A DNA stretch of 63,462 bases, counting the filler, from Sphacelaria rigidula (Eukaryota): the NCBI GenBank assembly GCA_964200075.2. It is 10 parts of 10 records of this genome, joined end to end, with 100 filler letters (N's around TTAATTAATTAA, not from the genome) between each part and the next. Parts side by side here need not be neighbours in the genome. Positions count along the whole stretch, not along the records: positions 19,071 to 25,326 come from CAXNAA020021191.1; positions 25,427 to 31,682 come from CAXNAA020021192.1; positions 31,783 to 38,038 come from CAXNAA020021193.1; 7 more parts are not named here. The stretch is one strand, 5' to 3'. The notes beneath the pieces were generated by a model. It had not been told where the DNA came from. It saw only the letters and a program-made list of their open reading frames with translations, and ran no database searches. Of this stretch, positions 25,180 to 37,535 are shown piece by piece. Position 1 is the first letter of the stretch. Each line of letters begins with the position of its first letter. The position numbers and the translations under genes are program-made.

Positions 25180-25874
25180 GTGTGAGCCATGATATTATTA
25201 GTGTCTTTTTTTCACCACAGGAGTCCAATTACAAAGACCCGCGATCGAAATCTACCACGGTTAGGACAAATCATCACGACTCAAAATCACCAAATTCACG
25301 ATTTCTTCGGCCTGACTGCCCAAAAGNNNNNNNNNNNNNNNNNNNNNNNNNNNNNNNNNNNNNNNNNNNNTTAATTAATTAANNNNNNNNNNNNNNNNNN
25401 NNNNNNNNNNNNNNNNNNNNNNNNNNCCCCCCCCCGCGGGGCCCCGCCCCCCCGCAGCGCGGGCGGGGGGCCCGGGGGGCCCTCGCGGCCCCGGGCGGGG
25501 GGGGGGGGGGGGGGGAGGTGTACTCATTTGTTGCTTGCCGGGGGTACAGAGGCTTACACAATATGGGGGAAGATATGAAGCAGGACCAATAAACCAAGTG
25601 GGGCGACATACGTACTTGATTGCTGGACACACGAAACGAATCTTATGTTGCCGTCTCTTTGCTTTGCTCCCTGTAATCAAACGGCACTTCTGGCACTGTT
25701 ATATACCCAACATTATTCCTCCCCCGCCTCCCACTCCCCCCCAGAATAAACTTCGAAAGAAACGTATACTATATCAGGCTGAGAACCCGCCCGCTGCTGC
25801 ACTCAGTTGAACGATTCGTGGCATGATATTTGGTCGGTACCGCGCCATGGCCGTCGCTGTTTTTTCGCTCGCAG

Positions 25875-26204
25875 ATGTATCGTGTGGGCACGTACTTCTT
25901 CGGTAAGCGTCACAAGACCCATCATAAATTCTTCACTTGCGCGGCGGACTCGCTCGAGCTTCCGCCCTCGGACTATCTCGCGAGCCCGATGGGGCTGATA
26001 CGAGTTCATCCGGGCAAGAAGGATAGTATAACGGCCCTAGATAGCACGCGTATGGGCTACATGCTGTGCTCCATTCTACGAGGCATGAACGCTGCGCAAG
26101 CTGCGTACAAGCGACGGTACTGTGCACCGGAGGAAATTTCCGGTGGCGTCCGGAGATTTACAGATCTCAGCCCAAGAGATCTTGAGATCGATAAGTACGG
26201 ATAA
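25875..26204 (+). CDS. Possible terminal exon of an unidentified gene
   Basis: Strong acceptor TTTTTTCGCTCGCAG, then a 109-codon protein-like open frame ending in TAA. No family recognised. Confidence 0.4.
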   Translation: MYRVGTYFFGKRHKTHHKFFTCAADSLELPPSDYLASPMGLIRVHPGKKDSITALDSTRMGYMLCSILRGMNAAQAAYKRRYCAPEEISGGVRRFTDLSPRDLEIDKYG

Positions 26205-28576
26205 TGATGGTGATGACGCTAGAGCAAAAGTGGCTGGAAGCACAGGAATTATGGAACGAAAAAGTGCGGCCAAACAGGACTTTGCCGCGTGATATTTTCT
26301 CTCTGAAAATAATTTTTGTTTGTGTTCGATGCTGCGATCACCATCATACGTTACAGAGAATAATACCGGCAGTTTGTTCCGTTGGTAGATTTTGGGCTGT
26401 TCTTCGCATATCGATACCTACGGTGCTGTATTAGGGTGGTTAATACCACCCCCGGATAGCGAGTTTTCGGGCCCCAAGAAGTCACTACTCGGGCGAGTAT
26501 ACTGTGCTACCCACCGTAGGTGTCATCATCGGTGTCATATTTTTGTTTTTCCCTCAAGGCTCTTGTTAACTCTTGTCCGTTTGTGTCGCAACTGAGGGGG
26601 TGCTGAAGGGGATTGATATAACCGAATTAGAAGTGAATCCACCCATGATTCTCGTCGCTTGATGCGGGAAGAACGACCATATGGCAGTGGCTACGCAAAG
26701 GGTAAATTTGACCCAACTACATCGGAGATTATCTACGTGCTCGGAAATAGAACTTGATGACGCGTGTTTTGCTTTCCGTGTTTTGTAGGTACTACTGAAT
26801 GCTGCAGGCAGTGTATACAGGGTCAATATATTAGGACATTTCATGTTTAGCTACTGAGCACGTACTTATAAGATATGGGGTGAATGGGGAGTTGGGAGCG
26901 CCGCTCAAAGCAAGCGGGACTGCTCGACGGAGAGAGTGCTCGAGCTTGTTTCAGACGGCTCTGTTGGATCGTTTTTCACAGCGTCGAAGTGAGAGTGTAC
27001 AGACTAGTAAAATAATGGTACGGTCTCTGCAGCTGTTGCGCTACACCGAAGTATTCAAAATAGGGGCAAAGTTGACGACGTGAGGAGGGAAAGGCGGGGG
27101 GGGGTCATGCTGTGATCTCGTTGGCTCCTTTCTCCACGTGATGTACGTTGAGTCGAACTCTGCTCAACTTTGTGCCTGTTTATTCGTTTCATCACTAGGA
27201 AAGGTGGGGAACAAATGATACGCGTCGGGGGAACCGGGCGGCTTGTCCAGCATGAAGATGGGATGGCGTGGATAGAACGTAGGATATTATTTATTGGTGC
27301 GGTATCGATATTTGTGGACTCGTGTATACCACGCCTGCTGTACGTTTCATTTACCGAGCAACAAATGTATCCAGTTTCTTTGTTGAAGAGCTTTGAGCGT
27401 TGTGATATCCATGTTTGGTGCACTCCCATCCAGGAGGAGGAGAACGAGGAGGGGGGATACGGTTTTGGCTAAAGGGATTGGTGATAGATTGACGGGGAAA
27501 TCTTGAGCGAGTGGTAGATGCCCTGATGTAATGTGAGGTAGGTGGGTGTGTTGTCGCCTGTACTACCTTCGTGGTTTTAATGTTTCTATGACAGCGTATA
27601 TTTTATGTGACGGTTTGTTGAGGTTTTTGTTAGTGTTAAACGACGTGTTTGTTTGTTAGTCGGCTACTCATGACAAGTGACTTTTTTATCGTTATTTATC
27701 AAGTTTTCGTCTCGGACGCTCTTTCGGCCTCCTGCGATGTGAGGTCTTCTCTAGGGGCGAGGTCACAAACTACGCTGGCCGAGGTGACCGCTTCACGTCG
27801 TCAGCTTGGACCTTGTGGGAAAAGTTCAATGACAAAGTCAGGAGGGGCACTGCACACATCATGCGGGAAGGACGAGTGTGGGGCATCTGCGGCAGACCCC
27901 GGGGCGACCTAATGGTGATACCTGTAGACGAGTATGTGGCTGTGGTTATTGCCACGATAGCCCGCCCCAGAAAAACGGCTGGTTGAAGGCGGAAAAATCT
28001 AGATGTTAAATCAAAATAAAAGCAGTGGAGTGCACCCAGCAGCTGGGAATTTCCACGCTTGGGATCGTTTTCGCCAGCGCCCCCCATATGAGACGCTTCA
28101 TCGTCTGACACCAGCTATCATGCGATGTAAATATGGCCATTCTCTTCGTGATAGGATTTGGGCTGGTATGAGGGGAGGTGCATCTAGGAAGCCACCAACC
28201 GATATGCACATCCAGCGAACCATCGCACACCAATTTTCACGCAGCACTCAGCAACTTCGAGCAGCTTGCTGTGCGCCACGAGTGCTATGCCATGATTCAA
28301 GTGTACTTCGTCGACCGTGAGATTACGGTTGATTCTTGTTCTGCTCGAATCAAGTGAACCTAAGGGTACCCTCGCACCAACACGGGAATCATTGTGATGA
28401 CACCAACCCCATTTCGTGGTATACATGCCGCTTAGCCTAGAGTGAAACTTACAGTGAGGTCTCGTATCGGCCGTACAATCGCGGTCTGACGTGTATGTGA
28501 TGTTCACGTCGTTCACCACCCTATACTGCAACTGTAACCCTCTCTCATGAGACTGTGAAGACTGTTCTGATCACCT

Positions 28577-31500
28577 TGACTGATTGACTTGTCGTACTCT
28601 AGCTGAGCCCCCAGAGATCCAGTCATGGCCACATGATAGACGTACCTGAGACAAAACAAAACGGAAACACTCGCTAAAACAAAAAAAAGAAAAGGTAGAA
28701 GTTAACAACATAGTAGACTAAGACATACAAAGAAATGGAAGAGGCGGGAGAAAAAGAAAATAAATGACCGGCCTCGCCACATGGCTTCGGCGGGAAACAT
28801 CTTACGCAGAACTAGACTCATACCCGGACGTAAAAACCTAAAGCTCGTGAAGAAGGAAATTAATGCCCCTATTGAATACGACCGCTCCATTTGGAGTATG
28901 AACCCTCTCACCTATGAACAAACACAACACGGGTGACCACTGGGGTGCCTGCAACCTCGAATTTGGACGTCACAGACGTTGCACAAGACCTGTAACGTCC
29001 AAATTTGAGGTTACAGGCACCCCAGTGGCCTCTCATTAATGAAGCGAGGTACCACACTGCTCTGGCATACGCCGGGAGGCAAAAACACATTTATAGAGAG
29101 GAAGATGGGGAAAAGGGAGAACAGAGAGAAAACTACAGAAGTGGTGAAGTCCGAAGAATTCAGGGTAGCAGAGCAGATACAGACACACATCAGGCGGCAC
29201 CGCAGAGCCACCGACCAAGGACACGATCAACAATCGATATGGGCAAACAAGATTCTTCGATGGGCGGCCCTCGATGCAGCAGCCTCATGTTCTTGACGGC
29301 CGTCTGATCCGCGTCTGTCCGCGCGCGTCGCCACGTGTTCTCAACCTCTTCCGCTTCTTGATCGACTCTAGTATCCCATTTTCCCACCTTCTTCGTCGTA
29401 GTGACCCGACGGTATGCATCGTTAACCTCTACACCGTATCCGGACCATTTTTGTCGTACTCTTTTGTGAGGAGCAGCCCCTTGTGCAAGTAGGTTCTTCT
29501 GGAGGGTTTTCTCCCATCGCTCGGGGAGGCGGCCAGGCTCCCTGGGCCCTCGTGTGGATAACCGTCGGTTCATGATGCGCTTAGGAAGGCGTGTTCCCTT
29601 CTGCCGGACAAGGACTCCCGCGAACCAGACTTGATGTTTGCGGAGAGTCGTCTCGATACGTTCGCAGTTGGTCATCTCGGGCACGGTTCTGTATGAGTAC
29701 TGTAGCCATTTCGATCTCTCCTGCGGAATCCAACCACTCGCAGCAAGAGCGTGTGATGGGTAGTACGTAGACTGTCGAAGTCCTGAGAACGTAACGTCCA
29801 TGTGGCACATCCGTATAACAGAGTTTCTACCACCTCCCCCTGAAGCAGCCGGACTCTCAAGAATACCTGGGAGTTGGATCGATTGTAGAGTTCGGAGCTA
29901 TATTTTTGGATACGTGCCCACGCTGCGCTGATGCAGCGGTCAAGTTCGATGGACATTTTCGCATCCGCGCCGATAGCACCACCAAAGTAGACGAACTGTA
30001 ATACGTGAGAGAACCGCGTGCTTAGGGGACTGCATCGGAATTTGAACACCCCTGTGGTTTGGGTTGGGGTTAGTGTTAGTGTTGGGGTTAGGTTCAGGGG
30101 CGTGGTACCTGCAGGGACTGATCCGATTGCTTTTGAAAAGCGTCGATCCGGAGGTATTTTAAACTACGGCGTGGTCCTCTGAGCACGCGGTCCTCTCGAG
30201 CATTACACGAACTTCCCTGTCTGCTTATACCGTTGACCGGCAGCTTCGATGTGCAAGGCGGCCTCCGTGGAACTGGGTACTGACCACAGGCGCACGGACT
30301 TTGTCTTGCTCTCGGAGGCCGTCAGACCGAATTTCCGGCTGGTCATCACTACCACGGTCATCATTAGAGCAAGGTCGTCTGAGATCCTCGAGACTATGCC
30401 GGCATCGTCCGCATGAAGCATTGCCCACACCGCGCGTCGCACCTTTTCCAGTGGCGTCTCTTGCAGGAGTTCACCATCGCCACCTTTTGGCGCATCATCT
30501 AGAAAAACCAAGTCTGAGACGATGACTGGGTCCGCCGCGAAGCGCTGAACGATCTCGTCGACCAAGGCTGCACCGAAAATGTTGAACAACAAACAGCGGG
30601 GGCGAAACAAAACCTTGTCCGAGTCCCTGACAGGCGTGGAACCACGCAGATAGTTTGCCACCATCTAGCTGTAACCGAGCGCGCACACCGTCGGTAAACA
30701 TACGGATGATCGTGATCATTCGCGGCGGGACTCCGAACCGAGCAAGCACTTCCCACAGGAGCGTGCGGTTTATGGAATCGTAGGCTTTTTGCAGATCGAT
30801 GAAGCACATGTCTAGTGGAACGTTGCTCGCCCGTCCTGACTCCTGAAGTCGACGCACTACGAACATCATTCCTGTGGTCAATCTTTGGCGCTTAAATCCG
30901 CACTGCTCTTCCGGGAAGACACCTGTTTCCTCGCAGAAATTACCAAGCCTGTTGGCGACAAGTTTGCGGAGAACTTTAGCAGCATGTGTCGCAAGTAAAA
31001 TGCCACTGAGTAGGTACAACACACACTCGGTCCTACCCTTTTCTTTGTGCGGCACTTCCATAGTGACATCTTTCCATTCTTTGGGCACCTCGCCAGATGT
31101 CGAGATCACAGAGACAATGCCGTGGAAGTTGTGCAGAATCTCCAACGCCTCCCTCTCAAGTCCAAGCGTCAGGATTTGAGCAGGTAGACCATCCGGACCC
31201 GTCGCATTGCTGTTCAACATAGCTCTCAGAACCTCCTCAATTTCACGTTGGCTCGGGTCTTCTAGTGACAGCACTACCAGTCGTTGCGCAATCTTCCCGG
31301 TGACGCTTCTTTCGATAGTTGCCGATATGGCGTTCAGCAATGTGGAGAAGTACCGTTCCCGTCTCTCACTGATCCTTGTCCTGCAGTATATTGCTGTCCT
31401 TATCTCGATGTACTTCTCACTCTCGGTTGGTCATCCAGACAGTCTCCACCCGTCTTTGAGATTGTCTGTACCATCTTCTCATGTCCCCAACTCGAGTGTA

Positions 31501-31610
31501 CTCCCCCAATTCTCTGGCATACACATCCATATATCTGTCCACCCCAACTTGGATTATGGGGTTGGCGTCGGTTGGCGATGACGCTATGAAACACGTCACT
31601 CACTACGTGA
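28577..31610 (-). mobile_element. RTE-type LINE, degenerate; RT domain, 3' UTR and short (CAAT/CAGT)-like tail
   Basis: Motifs ATGPDG, PEEQCGF, FIDLQKAYDS, LFNIF, LHADD, FVYFGG, LLYGCATW and RLPKRIM occur in successive broken frames. The 3' end ...ACAAGTCAATCAGTCAA is at ~28577-28592. Confidence 0.9.
29997..30207. mobile_element. 211-bp MITE with TGT...ACA termini and 5-bp TSD (Ginger-like), inserted in the RTE ORF
   Basis: TGTAAT...GAGAACCGCGTGCT / AGCACGCGGTCCTCTC...ATTACA, with TSD CGAAC (29992-29996, 30208-30212). Removing it restores GKFVYFGG in the LINE. Confidence 0.85.
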
Positions 31611-31782
31611 GCTAGGCAACCAGGTTACCGCTTTTTTTTTGCGCTCTTTCGTTTTTTTCGTGGTTATCCCGATGGTGGTAGTNNNNNNNNNNNNNNNNNN
31701 NNNNNNNNNNNNNNNNNNNNNNNNNNTTAATTAATTAANNNNNNNNNNNNNNNNNNNNNNNNNNNNNNNNNNNNNNNNNNNN

Positions 31783-32081
31783 AATTTGACCCCAACAGAT
31801 TCGGCCTTTACTGCAGCTAGGCGATGAGACCGGAGCAGCGAGAACACTGTCTTGTGCCCACCCCCGTCAACGTCACCCCTGTCTATGCGGGACATCTCAA
31901 TGAGGGCCACCTGCAGAGATCTGGGTTGGCTGTCAACGCCTTCTTGTTTGTTCTCCATGGACCTTGATCCCTCCTCGAGAATTTTCTCGATGCCCCAGAC
32001 AGGCACAGAAGCAGTGATGGTGGCGATTACGGAGAAGACCAGGACCAGCATGCCGTGGACAAGCAATGTTGGGATTTTCAT
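31783..32081 (-). CDS. First exon of a probable secreted protein (signal peptide; weakly reminiscent of an aspartic-peptidase prosegment), truncated by contig end
   Basis: MKIPTLLVHGMLVLVFSVIATITAS is a hydrophobic N-terminus, the start context is AAAATG, and the frame is open to the contig edge. Confidence 0.5.
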
Positions 32082-32360
32082 TTTGTCGTCCTTTGCTGAT
32101 CACGGCTTGTCGCACAAGTACTGGTGGCAGTAATGGCTGAGATCGTACTTTGCGATCCTGTGCGAGGAACAGGCGGAGGTCGAAGCTGCTGTGTTGAGTG
32201 TGTGTGGTTGTGCGGTTGTTCGTGACGGCATTGGCATGTCATGTGGTGTGCCGCGTGCCTTTGATCTGTCGGGAGGCGTGTTTACTGCATTTATTTGATC
32301 GTCATTTTAGATTACGAACGTCTCAGAACTTGTTCGTAATACTCGTACTGTAGTACTACA

Positions 32361-33228
32361 GGCGCCATCCGCAGTGAACGGCCACGTTTTTTGGAAACAA
32401 AGCATCCCCGGCTAAGGTCTCACAATTTTATGGTAGTACACTTTGAGTCTAATATTGACATGCACCGAGAAAAAAACATCGATTACGGCCGGGTCACAGC
32501 TAGTTTTAAGTTCACCCCTAGGGATATTGTGGGAAACGCGGAAAGCGGGGATGGTTGGGAAATATCCCCGTTTTGAAAAAAGTGTCCGATTAAGAAGAAA
32601 ATTTAAAGGGTGGCTCAATTTTTGGGCGCAGATCACGAATCTGCAATGAGATTTTCTCTCCTCGTTGTTGTTGCTGAGATACGGGCACATTTCGAGGGAC
32701 AACACCTGTCGCTGGAAAACGGTCAAGGTTACAAAAATATATTTTGTAGATCATGTCGAGATATCTCCCCGCAGTCCGAGAGCTCCGCGATTATCGACCG
32801 AATCAAAAGAAATCGTGTACTGGCACAGCAACAAGTGCCAATCGTCACTTCTCGTTTGCACTCGCCAGGCTTTGATATCACGGGCGCCTGGCCACTTGCG
32901 GGGCTGGCTACCGCCAGCCCAGCTGAAGTCTCACTCATGATGGGCTTCTGCACAACGGAGTTTTTGGCTGAGCTGTATTCTGAGTGGCTATACCCCCCTG
33001 AATCGACCAAGCGGAGTCAATTCCCGGGGTGAACGAGTTTTTTTTGGGGGGGACGCGGCGAAAAAATAGATTTCGGCGAGGTTCGGACCCTCCTGAACCA
33101 TTTTTTTTCTGTTCACGTCTTCAAATGACGGCAATAATGGGTGTTATCAAACGCAAGAAAAAACGTTCTTTATTTTTAATTTATTTTGGCGTGTGCAGGG
33201 CCAATGTCCCTTTACCGCGGATGGCGCC
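32361..33228. mobile_element. Non-autonomous DNA transposon, 868 bp, 4-bp TSD
   Basis: TIRs GGCGCCATCCGC / GCGGATGGCGCC, flanked by TACA on both sides (32357-32360, 33229-33232). Confidence 0.75.
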
Positions 33229-34319
33229 TACAGTATTCTTTTGCAGCAGTCCCTGCCAGACGTGATTGTTGATCGTTCGGTTGACTATCGTCCATAAAGT
33301 TATCCGACCCAGGCGTGGTCACATGAAATACGTACAACGTGTCGGTGATATTAGGAACAGTTTTGTCTCGCAACGGGGGGTTTCCGGTGATGTACACCAA
33401 GACGGTCGAATCGTCCGAAACGACCGTCAGCCCCTGAAGGAAGCCGATGATACGACTGGAATTATGGCGCAATCCATTTGGAATCGGTGACGCCTTCCAT
33501 GAAATACGGCCGCAAATGCGCAAAACATTTTTGTCTCGCTTTTTGGGCATATTTCCCCCGATAACTAACTGCACCGTGTCATTCGATTTCGAATCGTTTC
33601 GCACCAAACTTCCCGCCAGATCACGGGCTGTCAGGGGGGTGATGGTCGTGTCGGACGATTCGAACATGTTGGGGTAAAAAACAAATTACGCCCTGTTCCG
33701 TGAAAAAAGCATCCGTTCCTAATCACACGAACATACATGTTGTTGTACCCGACATGAACAAAGCGGAAACCGTTGGCGAAGAAAAATGAAGAAAACAGAA
33801 AGCTACAACAATCGAACAGAGTACGAACTAGGCCAGCCTGTGGTGGCGGATCTGTAGGTTGCAGTCGCATTCTCACCTCAATTTCGAGAGTTGCAGTATG
33901 TAGTTTGAAATGAAAAATAGGTGGGGAACAATAGAAGCAAATTCGATGCCCTTGATTTTTCCATGATCTAAGGACAAAAACAAGGTCCATTTCCCCCTAT
34001 AACGTCCCTAACTCATGGAAAAACAGCCGATTTTCGAAGTTAAAGATGAAGCTTTCATTTAGGATGATGAGCCGACATTTTCAAATCTTCGAATCTACAG
34101 AGTGATTCTACGGTAGGTAGTTGTGCACGTTGAAGTCCAAACGTTTTCTGAGGCTGCAGACTAAGGTCCAGGTATTTGTCATCGAGAGGCTCCTAGAGTG
34201 CAGATCCCCAGAAAGAACATTGTGCACCCCTATCGCAGAAACACTTCACACCACTTCTTAGGGTTAGGACGAGGACTAGGGTTAGGGTGATAGTTTGGGT
34301 TATGTTGTTTTTGTAGCTG

Positions 34320-35355
34320 CAGGGACACGTTTCCGCCGTGCTGTCCCGTTGTTTAGGTGACTACGAGAAGGTGTTCCCGTCCCGTCCGGATCCTTCGGGT
34401 AACGGCTTCTCGCCCTGTCCCGTCCTCACGGAGGAAGTCCCGGTATATTTCACGGAAATTCCACTCCGATTTGACGGGAGCTTGAGTATATATTGCAAAT
34501 CACGATGTTTTCGTGAGATTGAGAGTCTGGGACCCAATTGAGGGTGAGAAGCGATCTGTGAATGAACGGAAATATGTCAGTTCCGAGATACCCCTGCAGT
34601 CTACGAGGTCCGGTACACCTTCTGTAGTAGCTTGTCACTCAAGCCTTTGATATCCATGAGTAGGATAACGACATGTAGCTGTAAGCACACGACAGTGTTA
34701 CGGGAACATGAAAGCACACGACAAATGAAAACATGTTCAAGTTAGTTAGAGCGAGTAAGAGAACTCGCTCTCAATCAATGCTAAACTATCAATATACCGA
34801 AAACATTGTTATATGCAAGATGTGGGCAGGTGCTCTTCATTCTAGTTATTTCTAGACCCTGACCCCTTCCACAGCCCGTTTCCCACTTATGTTCAACATG
34901 AAAGGATGAACGGTCGCAATTGCCGTGACCAAGGCTTGTGGCAGGACTTTGATATGGAACCGTTTTCCTGCCGCGATCGTGAGTTGATCCAACTGTTGTT
35001 CTCGGATCTTCTACCTGAGAAGCGGCGATTGTTTTTTGGTGAAAATGTCAAAGCATGGCTGCAGAAAATTGTGTCCTCATCGTGCTCGTCTCGGTGAGTT
35101 TACAGGCGTTCTGGTGAGGACGGGACGGGACGGGAAAGTCGCACGGGAACGTTCTCGTGAGCACGGGATGCGACGGGAGTTGCCGTCCTATCACGTCCTG
35201 TCCCGTCCCCGTCCGTCCCCGTCCCGTCAGTTCACAGAAACTTCCATGTCGTCCGATTTTGTAGTATTTGAGCGACTGGGAATCGTGCCCCTTCCGTTGC
35301 TTTTTGACGACGGGAATACGGACACGTCTGTTCTGAAGTCCGGTGACGAGCCCTG
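34320..35355. mobile_element. Probable hAT-like non-autonomous element
   Basis: CAGGG...CCCTG termini with many subterminal CCCGT/ACGGG motifs at both ends. No clear TSD. Confidence 0.5.
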
Positions 35356-35749
35356 ATATTTTCTCCCGCCCACCTGGAGTTACAAACCAGATCCACCGCT
35401 GAACGCAAACCCTAGGGTTCCGAAAGCATTGTCAATGAATCGGTCCAATGGGTAAATCGCACGTACATGAGCAAAGATGCGATGCTAAAGCGGTATTTCA
35501 ACAGGTCCTCGAAAATCCAGGAAGTTGAAGGACGGACCTCCACTCATCTGCAGCAAGCTTTTCATGCAGGTTTGTGTTGTATAGCGGACCGAACCCGCAA
35601 TATAGGCAGCAGGAAGATCGCATCGACCTCACCGATGTCTCGAATGTATTTTCGAAAGCAGAGATGACGATGAATTTCCAAGGACTTCCACGACTTATCG
35701 TTGACCTTTTTTTAGACCGGATTGTATTTCAGTTGACAAGGGAGTGTGC

Positions 35750-36075
35750 GGGGGTCAGGGGGCGGGGCGTACTCATTTGTTGCTGCCATAGTTTTTTTAC
35801 CATTGACCACGCACCCCCTTCGAGACGGAGTGGGGAGTGGGGGCGGGAGGGGCGGGGGGGACGGGGGGCGTTCTCATTCGTTACTTGCCTTAGTCGTTTG
35901 ATCATTGACCACGCATCCCTTTCGAGACGGTGCACCGCTCCTTCCTTTAGTGGAGACACCTCCAACATTGAGGTGCCAAGTGCGTTTTTTGCATACATTA
36001 CACAAAACACTTGTACATATCTTTCCCCCGTCCTGTTTCGACGTCTGTGGCCACTATTTTCCCCCTATTACAGCC
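35750..36075 (-). repeat. Interspersed repeat family A (G-tract then CGTACTCATTTGTTGCTTGCC... on +); other copies at ~6437-6535, 9062-9555, 12535-12610, 12795-12870, 22060-22280, 22362-22435, 25515-25540 and 63385-63430
   Basis: Recurrent CTCATTTGTTGCTTGCCTTAGTCGTTTGACCATTGACCACGCATCCCTTTCGAGACG, always next to a G-run. Here a short copy is directly followed by a longer one. Confidence 0.85.
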
Positions 36076-36245
36076 ATGAGGGTTTCCTACTGTCTGATGC
36101 ATCACACGATTTCACGCCACCTTCGATCACGTCCCGCAATGGCCCCTCTGGCACGTCCCGTTCATCCTTATGAGCTCTGTTCTCTGTTGCTTCACCACAG
36201 AGGCAATTATGTCCATCTACTTCCTCCTCCTCTCGACTATTTGTT

Positions 36246-37535
36246 TGAACCTACCATATCATAGCCCGGACATGGACGTGAAATAGAGAAGCTAACCCTC
36301 CTTTCTCTTGAACCTACAATACCACAGCCCGAACATAGACATGGAATAGAGAAACTAACCGTCATTCTTTTTAACCTGTTATAATACAGCCCGGAGATAG
36401 ACGTGAAATGACGAAGCTCACCCTCCTATCTCTTCAACCTACCCGAACACAGCCCGGACATGGACGTGAAGTAGAGAAGCTCACCCTCCTTTCTCTTGAA
36501 CCTATCATAATACAGCCAGGACATGGACGTGACATGACGAAGCTCACCCTCCTTTTCCTTCAACATACCAGAACACAGCCCGGACATCGACGTGAAATAG
36601 AGAAGCTAACCCTCCTTTCTCTTTAACCTACCAGAACACAGCCCGGACATAGACATGGAATAGAGAAGCTCACCCTCCTTTTTCTTTAGCCTATCATAAC
36701 ACAGCCCGGACATGGACGTGAAATGACGAAGCTTATCCTCCTTTTCCCCTGACCTACCAGAACACAGCCCGGACATAGACATGGAATAGAGAAGCTAACC
36801 CTCCTTTTCCTTTAACCTACCATACCACAGCCGGGACATAGACATGAAATAGAGAAGCTAACCCTCCTTTTCCTTTAACCTATCATATTACAGCCCGGAC
36901 GAAGACGTGAAATGACGAAGCTCACCCTCATTTTCTTGAACCTACCAGAACACAGCCCGGGTATGAACGTGGAATAGAGAAGCTCACCCTCGTTTTTCTT
37001 CGACCTACCATAACGCAGCCCGGACATAGACATGAAATAGAGAAGCTAACCGTCATTCTTCTTTGACCTACCAGAACACAGCCCGGACATAGACATGAAA
37101 CAGAGAAGCTTACCCTCCTTTCCTTTAACTTACCAGAACACAGCCCGGACATAGACACGGGATAAAGAGACTAACCCTCCTTTTCCTTTAACCTACCAGA
37201 ACACAGCCCGGGCATGGACGTGGAATAGAGAAGCTCACCCTCGTTTTTCTTTGACCTACCATGACACAGCCCGGACATAGACATGAAATAGAGAAGTTCA
37301 TCATTTTCTTTCACCTACCAGAACACAGCCCGGAGATAGGCATGAGCTAAAGAAGCTAGCCCTCCTTTTTCTTCAACCTACCAGAACACAGCTTGGACAT
37401 AGACACGGGATAAGAGACTAACCCTCCTTTTCCTTTAACCTACCATAACACAGCTTGGACATAGACGTGAAATAAGCAAGTTCACCCTCCTTTTCCTTGA
37501 ACCTACCATAACACAGCCCAAACATGAACGTGGAA
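36246..37535. repeat. Minisatellite, ~63-bp unit, ~20 copies
   Basis: Consensus CAGCCCGGACATAGACATGGAATAGAGAAGCTAACCCTCCTTTTCCTTTAACCTACCAGAACA. Unit starts at 36262, 36325, 36387, 36450 and onward. Confidence 0.95.

Noticed and set aside
27700..28330. Possible exon or ORF (WTLWEKFNDKVRRG...)
   Set aside because: No recognisable domain and no convincing pair of splice sites.
36246..37535. CRISPR array
   Set aside because: Units are contiguous variants of one 63-bp sequence with no unique spacers, there are no cas genes, and the context is eukaryotic.
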